DNA from: Octopus vulgaris
Lineage: Eukaryota
Length of the DNA stretch: 64,000 nt
Reading direction: 5' to 3'
Assembly (NCBI GenBank): GCA_951406725.2
Contig: OX597818.1
Location: forward strand, 59,768,001 to 59,832,000
Both the position numbers and the translations under genes were made by a program. Under the pieces are notes generated by a model, which was not told the DNA's origin, did not search any database, and worked only from the letters and a program-made list of their open reading frames with translations. Shown piece after piece: positions 63,966 to 64,000 of the stretch. The stretch's first letter is position 1; each line of letters starts with the position of its first letter.

Positions 63966-64000
63966 TTAGCCATGGAGTGATCTTTCTTTCCATTTATTCT

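Overview
AT-rich, repeat-dominated eukaryotic DNA with no convincing intact protein-coding gene. Most ORFs in the track are translations of (TA)n, (CATA)n, (GATA)n, (AAT)n, (GAA)n and (CAT)n microsatellites. The repeat content is consistent with a cephalopod (octopus-like) intergenic or intronic region; this is an inference. Visible content: (i) about 30 copies of at least 4 tRNA-headed SINE families, named A, B, C and E here, with shuffled heads, cores and tails, many with target-site duplications (TSDs); (ii) a frameshifted Penelope-like element (RT plus GIY-YIG, 31.06-33.72 kb) with an inverted 5' segment; (iii) decayed R4/Dong-type, RTE and CR1-group LINE pieces, Tc1/mariner derivatives and one non-autonomous Helitron; (iv) a probable decayed fibronectin type III repeat pseudogene (about 40-51 kb). 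The most notable signal is a set of type I hammerhead ribozyme (HHR) motifs from about 5 unrelated short non-coding repeat families. They include one near-canonical motif (11816-11866), minimal dimer-type motifs, and core variants (A6U, A9C), one inside a 171-bp TSD-flanked mini-element. Everything was read by eye; boundaries without a TSD are approximate.
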